56,818 nt of DNA from a virus (taxonomy: Duplodnaviria > Caudoviricetes): positions 1 to 56,818 of IMG/VR virus record IMGVR_UViG_3300017530_000090. One strand, given 5' to 3'. A program made the position numbers and the translations under genes. Positions 35,204 through 43,863 of the stretch are shown here, piece after piece. The notes below the pieces were generated by a model. It was not told where the DNA came from. It worked only from the letters and a program-made list of their open reading frames with translations, and made no database searches. The first letter of the stretch is position 1. Every line of letters starts with the position of its first letter.

Positions 35204-35843
35204 TGTTGATCCGCTCCTCCAAAATGCGCTCGATGGCGTCGTAGAGTCCTTGCATATCTCCACGCACGCTGGGAATCACCGCGTCGAACTCGGCCTCCTG
35301 CCACTCGCGTTCGCTGGCGTGCGATAGTCGGGCCAGCGTGACCTCGCGGGGTTCGCCGCGCGCTTCGGTGTAGACCAGTACGTCCTCAACCGACATATCG
35401 ACCTTGATGACTACGAAGCCGCGCTCATGCAGCAGGTCGATCTCGTTCTGGAAACGCACATCATTGAACACGAACGGCCCAGCGGCGCTGTCGATCTTCA
35501 ACGCGGCCTGCTTGACCCAGTAGTCCGGGTCTTGGGCGCGCCGGAATTCAGTACCCCAAACTTGGAGCACTGGCCGCACCTGTGAGCGCAGCGGCTCCTC
35601 ATCCAGATCGTCAGGCGTGCAGCCAATCCCACGGGCGACCTCCTCCTTGAGCGCCTGCGCGAATCCGAAGCGCTTGTAACCGTGCTTGGCGATCAGATAG
35701 TCCGCGATGGTGTCCTTCCCCGACCGCATGTACCCGCTGAGACCGATACTTGGCACCCGAATCTTCTCATGATGGCACACGCACTGGTGCTCATTGCAGG
35801 CCGTGCATGGCGGCGCGGGCGGCGGCTCGACTTGGAATGCCAT
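35190..35843 (-). CDS. deoxynucleoside monophosphate kinase
   Basis: GYMRSGKDT, FAQALK, LQVWGTE.RR, DVRFQNE, HASE. Confidence 0.93.
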   Translation of the reverse strand: MAFQVEPPPAPPCTACNEHQCVCHHEKIRVPSIGLSGYMRSGKDTIADYLIAKHGYKRFGFAQALKEEVARGIGCTPDDLDEEPLRSQVRPVLQVWGTEFRRAQDPDYWVKQAALKIDSAAGPFVFNDVRFQNEIDLLHERGFVVIKVDMSVEDVLVYTEARGEPREVTLARLSHASEREWQEAEFDAVIPSVRGDMQGLYDAIERILEERINNVST

Positions 35844-35846
35844 GTG

Positions 35847-36515
35847 CTATCTCCCAATCACTTGCGTAACGTACTCGGCGATGGAGTCGACTTCCTCGAC
35901 CCCGTATGCACCGGCGGACGTGGTTTGGTCGGCGTCCGGCTCGTTGGGGTGCAGCACGACGAAGCGCTGGTTCCACGGCTGCCGAAGGAGGAACACCTTC
36001 GCCTGGCTCTGGAGCGCGATGCTCGTGACGTGGGCCACCGCGTCGTCCAGGTGGAAGCGGATGTTCTTCTCCCGAATCACGCCTGCCTTGTCCGGCGTCA
36101 GTACGACGTGGGCCAGGTCGGCAGGCAAGTTATTACGGAGCAGCCACTCCAGCGTGATACGCTGGAGCGTCGCCGTCGATTCTTCGCTGAAGCTGCGGCC
36201 CCCGAAGAACGAGCGGGCGCTGACCCAGAACACCTCGCAATCCTGCGCGGCGGCGCGCTGGGTAGCACTGCGATCCTCCGGCGTCGTCAGACAACCAAGG
36301 CCAAGGAAGAACTCCTCCAGATTGTCACTGATGTGCTGACGCATCGCCGCGTTGATGGCCGCCAATCGCTCCCGCATGAAGGCATCCATGTCAGCGGGTG
36401 GCAGGCCCACCGGCTGCGAGATCGGGCGGATGCCGAGCTTCTGTGCGACTTCGGCGCGAGCGGTGAAATAGTCCGCCACTACGCCATCGATGTCCAAGGA
36501 GTATTTAACCATCAC
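35847..36515 (-). CDS. HAD-family 5'(3')-nucleotidase-like protein
   Basis: DIDGVVAD, SAR, DK, LDD, QPWN. Confidence 0.88.
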   Translation of the reverse strand: MMVKYSLDIDGVVADYFTARAEVAQKLGIRPISQPVGLPPADMDAFMRERLAAINAAMRQHISDNLEEFFLGLGCLTTPEDRSATQRAAAQDCEVFWVSARSFFGGRSFSEESTATLQRITLEWLLRNNLPADLAHVVLTPDKAGVIREKNIRFHLDDAVAHVTSIALQSQAKVFLLRQPWNQRFVVLHPNEPDADQTTSAGAYGVEEVDSIAEYVTQVIGR

Positions 36516-36777
36516 ATCCCCTATTGGAGAACCGCCAGCGCTTCACGCGGATGTTGCTGACTCCCCTGGTCGCGGCCAAGAACCGCTCTGCTTTTCGGCC
36601 CGCTTCTTCGGGATCGTGGGCCGCGATCCGATTGACCCAACACTGGACGTGGAGCACACCTTCGATCTGATCCCCCGACTCCGTTCCGGGCGGGTCGTGC
36701 TCCACGAGAATGTCGAACCATACGGCCTCGCGGCGGGTGATGATGTTTGGCAGGCTGTTGTCGTCCACGCTTTCCAC
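36505..36777 (-). CDS. hypothetical protein
   Basis: Probable GTG start downstream of the iteron cluster. Confidence 0.55.
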   Translation of the reverse strand: MESVDDNSLPNIITRREAVWFDILVEHDPPGTESGDQIEGVLHVQCWVNRIAAHDPEEAGRKAERFLAATRGVSNIRVKRWRFSNRGCDG

Positions 36778-36827
36778 CTTACCGGCCTCGTCTTCGTGGG
36801 TCAAGGGCTTTGGGAGCACTTTCGGTG

Positions 36828-37000
36828 TGTTGAAGATGTTGATCACGGCTCCTTGATGTTGATCGCTGTTGATCGTGTTGACCGCCCTTATATAGTAGAT
36901 CGCGCGCCCGTTAGGGGGAAACATCTCTGAATAGAATTGAATTTAATAAGGATTCGTTAGCCCATAAACACGATCAACACGATCAACAGCGATCAACAGC
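36828..37000. other. candidate replication origin: inverted GATCAACA iterons around an AT-rich core
   Basis: 25-bp perfect inverted repeat (36857-36881 / 36974-36998) built from TGTTGATC units; AT-rich 36929-36950. Confidence 0.6.
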
Positions 37001-37297
37001 CAGATACGCGACGGCGGTATGCAACCACGCTGCGTCCTCGACAATAGCGAGCTTCTGATTGCAACGTCGACACAACAGACCGCGAACCTGTCCCGTGCGG
37101 TGATTGTGATCGACGGACAACGGCTGTACTCGGCCCTGATTGTCCCGTCCACTCTCTGGTTGGCGGCAGATCGCACAGACACCATTTTGCTCGTGACGCA
37201 TCCGATCATAATCGTCGAGGCTAAGCCCATATTGGCGGCGAAGCGCTTTTCGTCGATTGATTCTAGTCGTCCGCAAGGATGTAGCCCCTAGCAACAT
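36983..37297 (-). CDS. endonuclease VII-family nuclease, short (possibly 5'-truncated)
   Basis: YGLSLDDY..QNGVCAIC..VDHNHRTGQVRGLLCRRCN. Confidence 0.85.
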   Translation of the reverse strand: MLLGATSLRTTRINRRKALRRQYGLSLDDYDRMRHEQNGVCAICRQPESGRDNQGRVQPLSVDHNHRTGQVRGLLCRRCNQKLAIVEDAAWLHTAVAYLAVDRC

Positions 37298-39590
37298 TCT
37301 GGACGACGCCCAATGACTCCATCGCGTCGAGAATGATCTTCAACTGAGGCGTCGGTACGCGACGGAAGTGCTGCTGGAGATCACGCTTCTTGATCGGTTG
37401 GTTCTGGCCGATGTAGTCCTTGATCTGCTCCTGCCAGCGCGCCTGCTTCTCCTCGATGAGTTGGCCCATCAGCCCGCGCGTCACGCTCTCGGCGTAGCGA
37501 GCGGCCTTCCAACCCAGGTCGACGTCTTCCCCGACGATGCTATTCCGGTGGCCCTCGGTCATGACGGCGTAGATGAGAGCGAACTTCATAGCGTAGTCTG
37601 GCACCCGCTCGGTGGCGGCGATCTCCTGCTCATCGCTACCCTCCCGACGCCCCTCCATCCATGAGAGGTAGTTTTCGTCCCAGACCTCCTCCGCGTCCGG
37701 GGCCAAGGCAAACTCGACATTGTACGTCTTGCCGCCCGGCCCTGCCACGGCTTCGAAGGCTTCACGGATGTGATCGACGACCTTTGCCCACGCCTTCGGT
37801 GCGGGCGGCCGGGTGCGAGGCAACGGCTCGACCTGATGGCCATCCACGAACAGGATACGGTTGCCGAAGCCGCTCGTCCACTCGATCTCATCGAAGTGCT
37901 GGCTGAGCTTGCTGAGCGTGCTGTCAGAGAGGATGCTAGTACAGGAGTTGACGAGCACCAGCGGGCGCTTGCGCGTGCGGAGCCGGATGTCCTTCGGACA
38001 GTCGAAGGCCGTCAAGAGGTGCGGGATGAATCCTGCCCCGCCGCCACCGGCGGTGGCCTTCGACAGCAGACGACAGAACTCGTCTTGGTGGATGAGCAGA
38101 CGGCGCTCCGGCTTGGTCATCAAGTCCTCTTCGTCAAGCTCGTGGCCATCCCTAGTCTTTTCCTTCCAGCCCATCATCACCTTGATGGCATCGTATTCAT
38201 CCGATCCCTCGGCGTCCGCGAACACGGCTGCCTCCAGCAGCCCCTCAGCGCTGCCCATCGCCTGTTCGATGGTCAGGGCCGTGCCAGGGAGCCGGTCAGG
38301 GTCTTCCTTGTCGTACAGCGTCTCCACAAGTTCGATGGCCCGTGAGTTGGCGGTGGACTTGAAGCTCGCCGTCGGCCCGATCAACACGGTGTACATATTG
38401 GGGTAGAGACGGCGACCTTGATAGACGAAGGCGCGGCGGCCCAACACCGCTCCGATCACGGTCATGAGTGCGAAGAAGTGGTATTCGTCGCAGGCGGCCG
38501 TGTTCAGGCGCAATGACCGGCGATAATCCTCCCACGGCTGCACCCAACACTCGTCCGGCAGACCAGCCGGATCGTGGTTCCGCCGCGAGCGCGCGGCCCG
38601 CTTCTTGTCGCGGGCAGGCACGTCCTCGGCGGGCCAGACCCGCTTCTCGGCCTGGTCGAGCGCCTGTTCGAAGGCATCGGAGTCGCCCTCGACGCGCAGC
38701 CACAAGTCAGTCAGATCGCCGCCTTTGCCCAGGTCTTCCGGTAGTTGGATGGCCGTGACCGCGAGGCCCGCCTGCGCCAATTCGATAGCCAACTTCTCGG
38801 TCGCCTCCGCGCCGGTAGGGTCAACATCGTAGATGACATAGACCTCCTTGATCCCTGCCTCAGTCAGCTTGTTGATGGCGCGCTGGTTGGGCATGTTGCC
38901 CTCGCCTGCCAAGAAGCTGATGGCCGGGAAGCCAGCGCGGGTCATCACCCACACGTCCGGCGCTCCGGCGCAGACGTACACCAACTTCTCGCGCGGCAGC
39001 TTGGGGATGACGCGGTATAGGTTGTAGACGAGGCTCTGGCTCTTGACGCCGGACTTCGAGAGCTTCGGCTCCCAATGGTACTTAGGCCGCGAGGTAATGT
39101 TCTTGTCGTACCATGCACCCCGCTTGATCTGGTAGTGTCGCTCCCGCTTCTTGATGCCGTCGATCTCGTAATCGATCTCGATGTCGAGATCGACTTCGGG
39201 ATCGTCCACCGGAATGCTGTAGCCGCCTGCGCCTGCTCCGATACCGAACGTGTCGATCAACCAGTCGCGGGGCAGCAGTCGCCGCTCCGCGAGATCGCCG
39301 ACCACATCCTTCGGCCGCTTTCCGCGTTGCCGTTTGGTCGTGCGGTCAAGGATAAAATCATCTAGTGCGTTCAGGTTCGTGACATCGCTCATAGGCGAGC
39401 AGGATGCCATACATTTAACGCCCCCACTTTCCGGGTTGATCCGCAGAGATGGCGTTTCGTCCGCGTGGCCCGGACAGTGAATAGACAACCAACCATCCTC
39501 GTTTGGGGATAGATCACAACCATCAAGGATGGCGGGCCGCAGCGCCAGAATGCTCTCCCAAACATCTCGCCACGGAGGAAGTTTTGCCAT
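37263..39590 (-). CDS. primase-helicase-like replication protein (zinc finger + TOPRIM + DUF3987-like domain)
   Basis: CPGHAD..PS..C...C; YDVDPTG, GDLTD; GPTASFKS, SAEG, DEF, SGFGNR. Confidence 0.88.
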   Translation of the reverse strand: MAKLPPWRDVWESILALRPAILDGCDLSPNEDGWLSIHCPGHADETPSLRINPESGGVKCMASCSPMSDVTNLNALDDFILDRTTKRQRGKRPKDVVGDLAERRLLPRDWLIDTFGIGAGAGGYSIPVDDPEVDLDIEIDYEIDGIKKRERHYQIKRGAWYDKNITSRPKYHWEPKLSKSGVKSQSLVYNLYRVIPKLPREKLVYVCAGAPDVWVMTRAGFPAISFLAGEGNMPNQRAINKLTEAGIKEVYVIYDVDPTGAEATEKLAIELAQAGLAVTAIQLPEDLGKGGDLTDLWLRVEGDSDAFEQALDQAEKRVWPAEDVPARDKKRAARSRRNHDPAGLPDECWVQPWEDYRRSLRLNTAACDEYHFFALMTVIGAVLGRRAFVYQGRRLYPNMYTVLIGPTASFKSTANSRAIELVETLYDKEDPDRLPGTALTIEQAMGSAEGLLEAAVFADAEGSDEYDAIKVMMGWKEKTRDGHELDEEDLMTKPERRLLIHQDEFCRLLSKATAGGGGAGFIPHLLTAFDCPKDIRLRTRKRPLVLVNSCTSILSDSTLSKLSQHFDEIEWTSGFGNRILFVDGHQVEPLPRTRPPAPKAWAKVVDHIREAFEAVAGPGGKTYNVEFALAPDAEEVWDENYLSWMEGRREGSDEQEIAATERVPDYAMKFALIYAVMTEGHRNSIVGEDVDLGWKAARYAESVTRGLMGQLIEEKQARWQEQIKDYIGQNQPIKKRDLQQHFRRVPTPQLKIILDAMESLGVVQNVARGYILADD

Positions 39591-39755
39591 CTAGTCCTCG
39601 TACCTTTCGTGCGGACACTGCCGTCCATTTCGCACAGCGAAATTGCAATTATGGCACAATAGGCGATAGCCGTTTGGGAAGCCACTCGCTTGGAGCCGTC
39701 GATACAATTGTCGTCCTGTCAACTTTTTCGGCCCTTCCCGAATGATGCCATCAAT
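39591..39755 (-). pseudogene. HNH C-terminal remnant
   Basis: IDG...LYRRLQASGFPNGYRLLCHNCNFAVRNGRQCPHERYED*, no start; abuts the primase ATG. Confidence 0.7.
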
Positions 39756-40042
39756 TACTCCTCATCGTGATCGCACTCGTTCTCGCTGATCCCGCTGTGC
39801 GCACACACGTGCACATCATGGGCAACCGTGGCCATGTCGAAGTCGCTATTGAGATGGCCGGTGAGGGCCTTGGCCGCCGCATCGTCCACGGACGTAGCAC
39901 GGACAAGAATTGCGTAGTGGGTGTCGATGTCCACTAGGTACTCGTCACCTTCTCCGGCATCCTGATCGTCCTGCGGCCCCACCGGAAACTGTTCGATGAC
40001 AGCGGGGCCGGGTGCGCGAGACAACTCATCATGTTGGTTCAT
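39755..40042 (-). CDS. acidic hypothetical protein
   Basis: GGAGG RBS, ATGA coupling. Confidence 0.7.
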   Translation of the reverse strand: MNQHDELSRAPGPAVIEQFPVGPQDDQDAGEGDEYLVDIDTHYAILVRATSVDDAAAKALTGHLNSDFDMATVAHDVHVCAHSGISENECDHDEE

Positions 40043-41793
40043 GCGTTCCTCCCTTTCAAGCGCTGTAGCGCAATCCCACAGTATTCGCGGCTGATGTCGA
40101 TCCCAATGAAGCCGAAGCCCTCCTCCGTGGCCGCAACCAGTGTTGAGCCACTGCCACAGAACGGGTCAAGCACTACGCCATCCGGCGGCGTTACCAGACG
40201 GACGAGCCAGCGCATCAGGGCGATGGGCTTGACCGCTGGATGCGTTGCGGGACTTCCGGCGTTGCCGTTTAACGTCAACCGCATCCCGGATCGAACACGC
40301 CCGACAACGGGAAGAGATACCGACCTTTCGACGATAATACTCAGTTTCGGACTGAAGTCGTCCGCACTTTCGGCACGGCTTCCACCAGATTCCTTCTCGG
40401 AGTTCGCACCCACCGTGTAGTCGCTTGTGAGTGAGCGCGTCAACCAACTCAAGGTTCCCGATTCGGTTGTCGAGTTTGTCTTCATTTCGATGGTGGAGTT
40501 GGTATCCTGGAGGGATGGAGCCACAGTGCCGCTCCCAAACAATAACGTGCTCCATTCGTTGGTGTCCCCCAACCCAAATGCGTCGATAACCTTTGGGGGT
40601 GATGGTGCCGTATCCACCAGGAGCTTTGCTTCGCGGGCCTCGCCTTCCCATGACTCCCATTCTAGCAAAACAAGCTCAAGATCATCAAGCCCTTGTTCGC
40701 GTTCCTTCTTCGTGGCCTTTGGACAATACTTAAACCTTGTTACGGAGGCCGCTGCCCCAGCTTCCGTATCAGAGTATCGCATGGTGGCGAAGAAGCGCGA
40801 CACGCCCGCAACTTGCTCGTCCAGCATCCCGGCCGGGCAATCCGGCTGATGGATGAATCCGCCACCTTCGCGGCGCGGGCCGGGCTTAGCAGCAAGATTC
40901 GTGACCCCCCTTCTGTCGTAGCGGCGCTCCTGCGACCGTTCTCCACGGCGTTTGCGCACCTTCTCCGGCACCGGCTGCGGATCGTCGCACGTGCATTGCA
41001 GCACGACATTAGCTGGCCAGCGACCCTTTTGCTCTGGGCGCTCAAACTCGGAGCGTTGCCCGCCGCCTTGCGCCTTACCAGCCAATCGCCCAGAGCGGGA
41101 CGTGGTGCGGCCCTGTGGCTTCGCCGAAGCCTTGTCCGCCTCGCCCTGGTACTCCAGGCGCGTTGTATCAATGTTGAGCGCTCCCGTGCCAAACTTGAGC
41201 ACATTGGCCGCAACGTTCTGCTCAGCCAAGGGCTTGCGCGCCAACAGGATCGGCTCGACCGAGGGCTTGAGGCCAGTGCCCCATCCCGCCCACTGTTGTG
41301 CGTCCTCCGTCGTCAACTCCACCGACCCGCCGGTGTCACTGATTAGCGTGCCTTCCGCGTCTCCACTAAAACGATGACGGGTGCAATTGCCGAGATCGCG
41401 GTCGGGACGGCGCGCGGCCCCAATCGTCTGTAGCTTTTCCACGGCCTGGCCGACATTGTAGGACTTGGGCATCCCCTGCCCATAGAGCCAGAGCAACGCA
41501 TCGCGCACCTCGAAGCCCGCATCCTCGACGGCGCACCACATCCGGTGATGCGTGCGGGCGCCGCCGAACACGACCATGTGGCCACCAGGCTTCAGGACGC
41601 GCAGACATGCCTCCCAGGTCGCGGCCCGGAACGATACGCCCCGGTCATCCCACGCCTTGCCCATAAATTTTAGCTCGTAAGGCGGATCAGTGATGATGGC
41701 TTCCACCGATTCATCCTCCAGCCGCGCTAGGGCATCCAGGATGTCGCCCTCGATGATGAGGCCGTCCATCTCGTCCAACCAGTGCTGCCTCAT
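40039..41793 (-). CDS. DNA methyltransferase (beta class, N6-A/N4-C) with a ~140-codon overprinted insert
   Basis: TDPPY, GTGLKP..EPI, GRWPAN, SRFF, HPAVKP, LDPFCGSGST. Confidence 0.93.
   Translation of the reverse strand: MRQHWLDEMDGLIIEGDILDALARLEDESVEAIITDPPYELKFMGKAWDDRGVSFRAATWEACLRVLKPGGHMVVFGGARTHHRMWCAVEDAGFEVRDALLWLYGQGMPKSYNVGQAVEKLQTIGAARRPDRDLGNCTRHRFSGDAEGTLISDTGGSVELTTEDAQQWAGWGTGLKPSVEPILLARKPLAEQNVAANVLKFGTGALNIDTTRLEYQGEADKASAKPQGRTTSRSGRLAGKAQGGGQRSEFERPEQKGRWPANVVLQCTCDDPQPVPEKVRKRRGERSQERRYDRRGVTNLAAKPGPRREGGGFIHQPDCPAGMLDEQVAGVSRFFATMRYSDTEAGAAASVTRFKYCPKATKKEREQGLDDLELVLLEWESWEGEAREAKLLVDTAPSPPKVIDAFGLGDTNEWSTLLFGSGTVAPSLQDTNSTIEMKTNSTTESGTLSWLTRSLTSDYTVGANSEKESGGSRAESADDFSPKLSIIVERSVSLPVVGRVRSGMRLTLNGNAGSPATHPAVKPIALMRWLVRLVTPPDGVVLDPFCGSGSTLVAATEEGFGFIGIDISREYCGIALQRLKGRNA
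40166..40651 (-). CDS. HNH endonuclease nested in an alternative frame inside the methyltransferase
   Basis: GYRRI..MEHVIVWE..IPPGYQLHHRNEDKLDNRIGNL..H...H, CRKC...CRAC; own TGCTAGAAT 7 nt upstream. Confidence 0.9.
   Translation of the reverse strand: MGRRGPRSKAPGGYGTITPKGYRRIWVGGHQRMEHVIVWERHCGSIPPGYQLHHRNEDKLDNRIGNLELVDALTHKRLHGGCELREGIWWKPCRKCGRLQSETEYYRRKVGISSRCRACSIRDAVDVKRQRRKSRNASSGQAHRPDALARPSGNAAGWRSA
40659..40667 (-). promoter_or_regulatory. extended -10 promoter for the nested HNH
   Basis: TGCTAGAAT-gggagtc-ATG. Confidence 0.6.
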
Positions 41794-42578
41794 TCGAACA
41801 TTGCCCTCACCCGTGGTTCCGCCACCTCATCGACGAGCTTCTTGTCTAGATCGATGCCAATGGCGTTGCGGCCCAGCTTCAGAGCCGCGAGCATCGTGGT
41901 GCCAGTGCCGACCATTGGGTCGAGCACGGTGTCACCAGGCAGCGCGAATAGATCGATGTACCGTTCCGCCTCCGCTTGCGATTGCGTCCAGCCCTCCGGG
42001 TGCTGGCTCTTGTCCACCGGCTCGCTCGTGGACGTATCGAAGCGCCACCAGCGCGTGAAATGCCCGCGTCGGCAGGAGTGTTGGCAGTTATCGCGGTCGA
42101 GCGTCCAGGCAGGCTGCTCCACGACGATCTCTTGGCCCTCACGGCGACGCTTCTTCCGCTGCATCTTGCCCGTCAACACGCGACAGCCGCCCTCGTCCTT
42201 GAGCTTCTTGCACTCGTCGACGCAAGTGATGTCATACTTTCCCTTGACGAAAATGAGCATAGGCTTCCAGCGACTCTTGACCCGCACCGGGCGCATGAGC
42301 GCGTTGCTGTGAGGTGTGTACAGGCAGTCCACCCAGACGAACTTTAGACCAGCGGAGAGCTTCGCCAGAACAGTAGGTAGGTGATACTGGCCGCTATACG
42401 TCACGAGCAGCCCGCCATCCACCAGCACGCGGGCCGCCAACTCGGCCAGCGGACTCCAGAGATCGAGATATTGTTGGCCATACGGAGGATCGGTAAAGAT
42501 AAGCTCAATACTATCGTCTGGGATGTGCTCCGGCGTGAGCTTGCGGAAATCGCCTCGATAGAAGGTGTAGTCAACCAT
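41790..42578 (-). CDS. DNA methyltransferase (beta class)
   Basis: TDPPY, HP..Q, VLDPMVGTGTT; Cys-rich internal insert. Confidence 0.92.
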   Translation of the reverse strand: MVDYTFYRGDFRKLTPEHIPDDSIELIFTDPPYGQQYLDLWSPLAELAARVLVDGGLLVTYSGQYHLPTVLAKLSAGLKFVWVDCLYTPHSNALMRPVRVKSRWKPMLIFVKGKYDITCVDECKKLKDEGGCRVLTGKMQRKKRRREGQEIVVEQPAWTLDRDNCQHSCRRGHFTRWWRFDTSTSEPVDKSQHPEGWTQSQAEAERYIDLFALPGDTVLDPMVGTGTTMLAALKLGRNAIGIDLDKKLVDEVAEPRVRAMFE

Positions 42579-42990
42579 TGTTATGCCGATTCTTAGTGCG
42601 TGTTTTGTGGCAGTTGGCGCAAACCAAATCGCAATTCTCCAACTCGGCGGCCAACTTCTTCCATCCAAGATCGGTAATCTTACTGTGCGCGGGCAGCACC
42701 GAAGTTCGGCCCCGAATGTGGTCAAATTCAGCGCACTCTGTGCGGCCATCGAACCGCATTGAGCAGTCCGCGCATTGGCCGCCCTTCTGTTCCATAGCCC
42801 ACAGCTTCTTCTGTTGAGCCAGAGCACGGCCGCCGCCCAATCCAGCAGCCCGGCGCTCGCGGTGATAGGATTTATCGCATTCGCGGCACCAATAATGCAG
42901 GCCATCCTTAGAGGAAGTACGACGACCAAAATGCTCGCTCGTTGACGGCTTACTTCGGCCACAGCGCGTACATTCTTTCTTAGCGATCAT
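42571..42990 (-). CDS. HNH-type endonuclease (CANCH subgroup)
   Basis: CTRC..DGL..WCREC; KGGQCADC..FDH..CDLVCANCH; TGTTATACT and GGAGGT upstream. Confidence 0.88.
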   Translation of the reverse strand: MIAKKECTRCGRSKPSTSEHFGRRTSSKDGLHYWCRECDKSYHRERRAAGLGGGRALAQQKKLWAMEQKGGQCADCSMRFDGRTECAEFDHIRGRTSVLPAHSKITDLGWKKLAAELENCDLVCANCHKTRTKNRHNNG

Positions 42991-43048
42991 TCCTACTCAC
43001 CTCCAATGGGGGATAAGTAAGTATAACATAGCCGCTCCCTGGCCGCAA

Positions 43049-43678
43049 TCATTCCTCCCTCATCTTCGGCATCGCCACGCCGCCCTCGTCCTTCCACTCG
43101 CTCACCAGGCGCGGCAGATGGAATTGGAAGAATGGCAACGTGGACGGCTCGTCGGCTCGCCGGTGGCGGAAGAACCAGGTGGCGACCTGCTTCAGCGTCT
43201 CCAGTGAGTACGTGCGCAGCATCTCGTCAATGAGTACCGTATCGCGCCCTCGACCTCGCTCCGGGCGCGGGTACGGCTCCTCGACGTGTCGCTCATGCAG
43301 CCCACACCAGTGATTGATGAACTCCCAGACCAAATGCCACGAGGTTTTCGGGCGTTTCCTAGCAGGCGGAGCGAGAGCGTTGGGATCGACCTCCGGCACA
43401 TCATTCAACGCAATGCTGGGCGGCCGCTCTTCGGTATCCAACCAAAGAAAACCGTGGTTCTCTAACTCTTGGATGACGGCACCGAAGCGAGTTTTGGTGA
43501 TGCCAAGATAATGCACCAAGCGCTCGATGCTCATTTCAGTTGAGGCCAAGCGATTGTCCCGCAGCACCTCATAGACCGACCCAGCTTCGGCGGTAAGAAT
43601 CAGCTTCCAATAGGTATTCCAATGATCGGGTAACTGACTTAACGGTTCGTTGTGGTGCAAGTGAAATACGGCGTCCAT
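43049..43678 (-). CDS. winged-helix protein, possible replication initiator/origin-binding protein
   Basis: SIERLVHYLGITKTRF..VIQELENHGFL wHTH pattern; AAGGA RBS. Confidence 0.6.
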   Translation of the reverse strand: MDAVFHLHHNEPLSQLPDHWNTYWKLILTAEAGSVYEVLRDNRLASTEMSIERLVHYLGITKTRFGAVIQELENHGFLWLDTEERPPSIALNDVPEVDPNALAPPARKRPKTSWHLVWEFINHWCGLHERHVEEPYPRPERGRGRDTVLIDEMLRTYSLETLKQVATWFFRHRRADEPSTLPFFQFHLPRLVSEWKDEGGVAMPKMREE

Positions 43679-43722
43679 CAAAATCCTTGCTTTGTGTGCA
43701 TACATTGTGGTATAATGTATGC

Positions 43723-43839
43723 ATGGAGCGGCAATCTAATCCAAGTACTCGCCAGCGGTACGCACAAGAAGGGCTGCAACTCCTTTGCGCTAACTGCAAC
43801 AGTGCCAAGTCGTGGTTCGGCGAGTGCCCGCACCAATAA
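43723..43839 (+). pseudogene. HNH mini-gene with internal deletion (38 aa), antisense
   Basis: MERQSNPSTRQRYAQEGLQLLCANCNSAKSWFGECPHQ*; TGTGGTATAAT 6 nt upstream. Confidence 0.75.
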
Positions 43840-43863
43840 TTCCTCCCTCTTCAAATGTTCCCC

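Noticed and set aside
42579-42962. 128-aa N-terminal extension of the second methyltransferase
   Set aside because: Off-frame reading of the upstream HNH; MTase similarity starts at MVDYTF and no MTase part lies upstream, so this is not a second nested case
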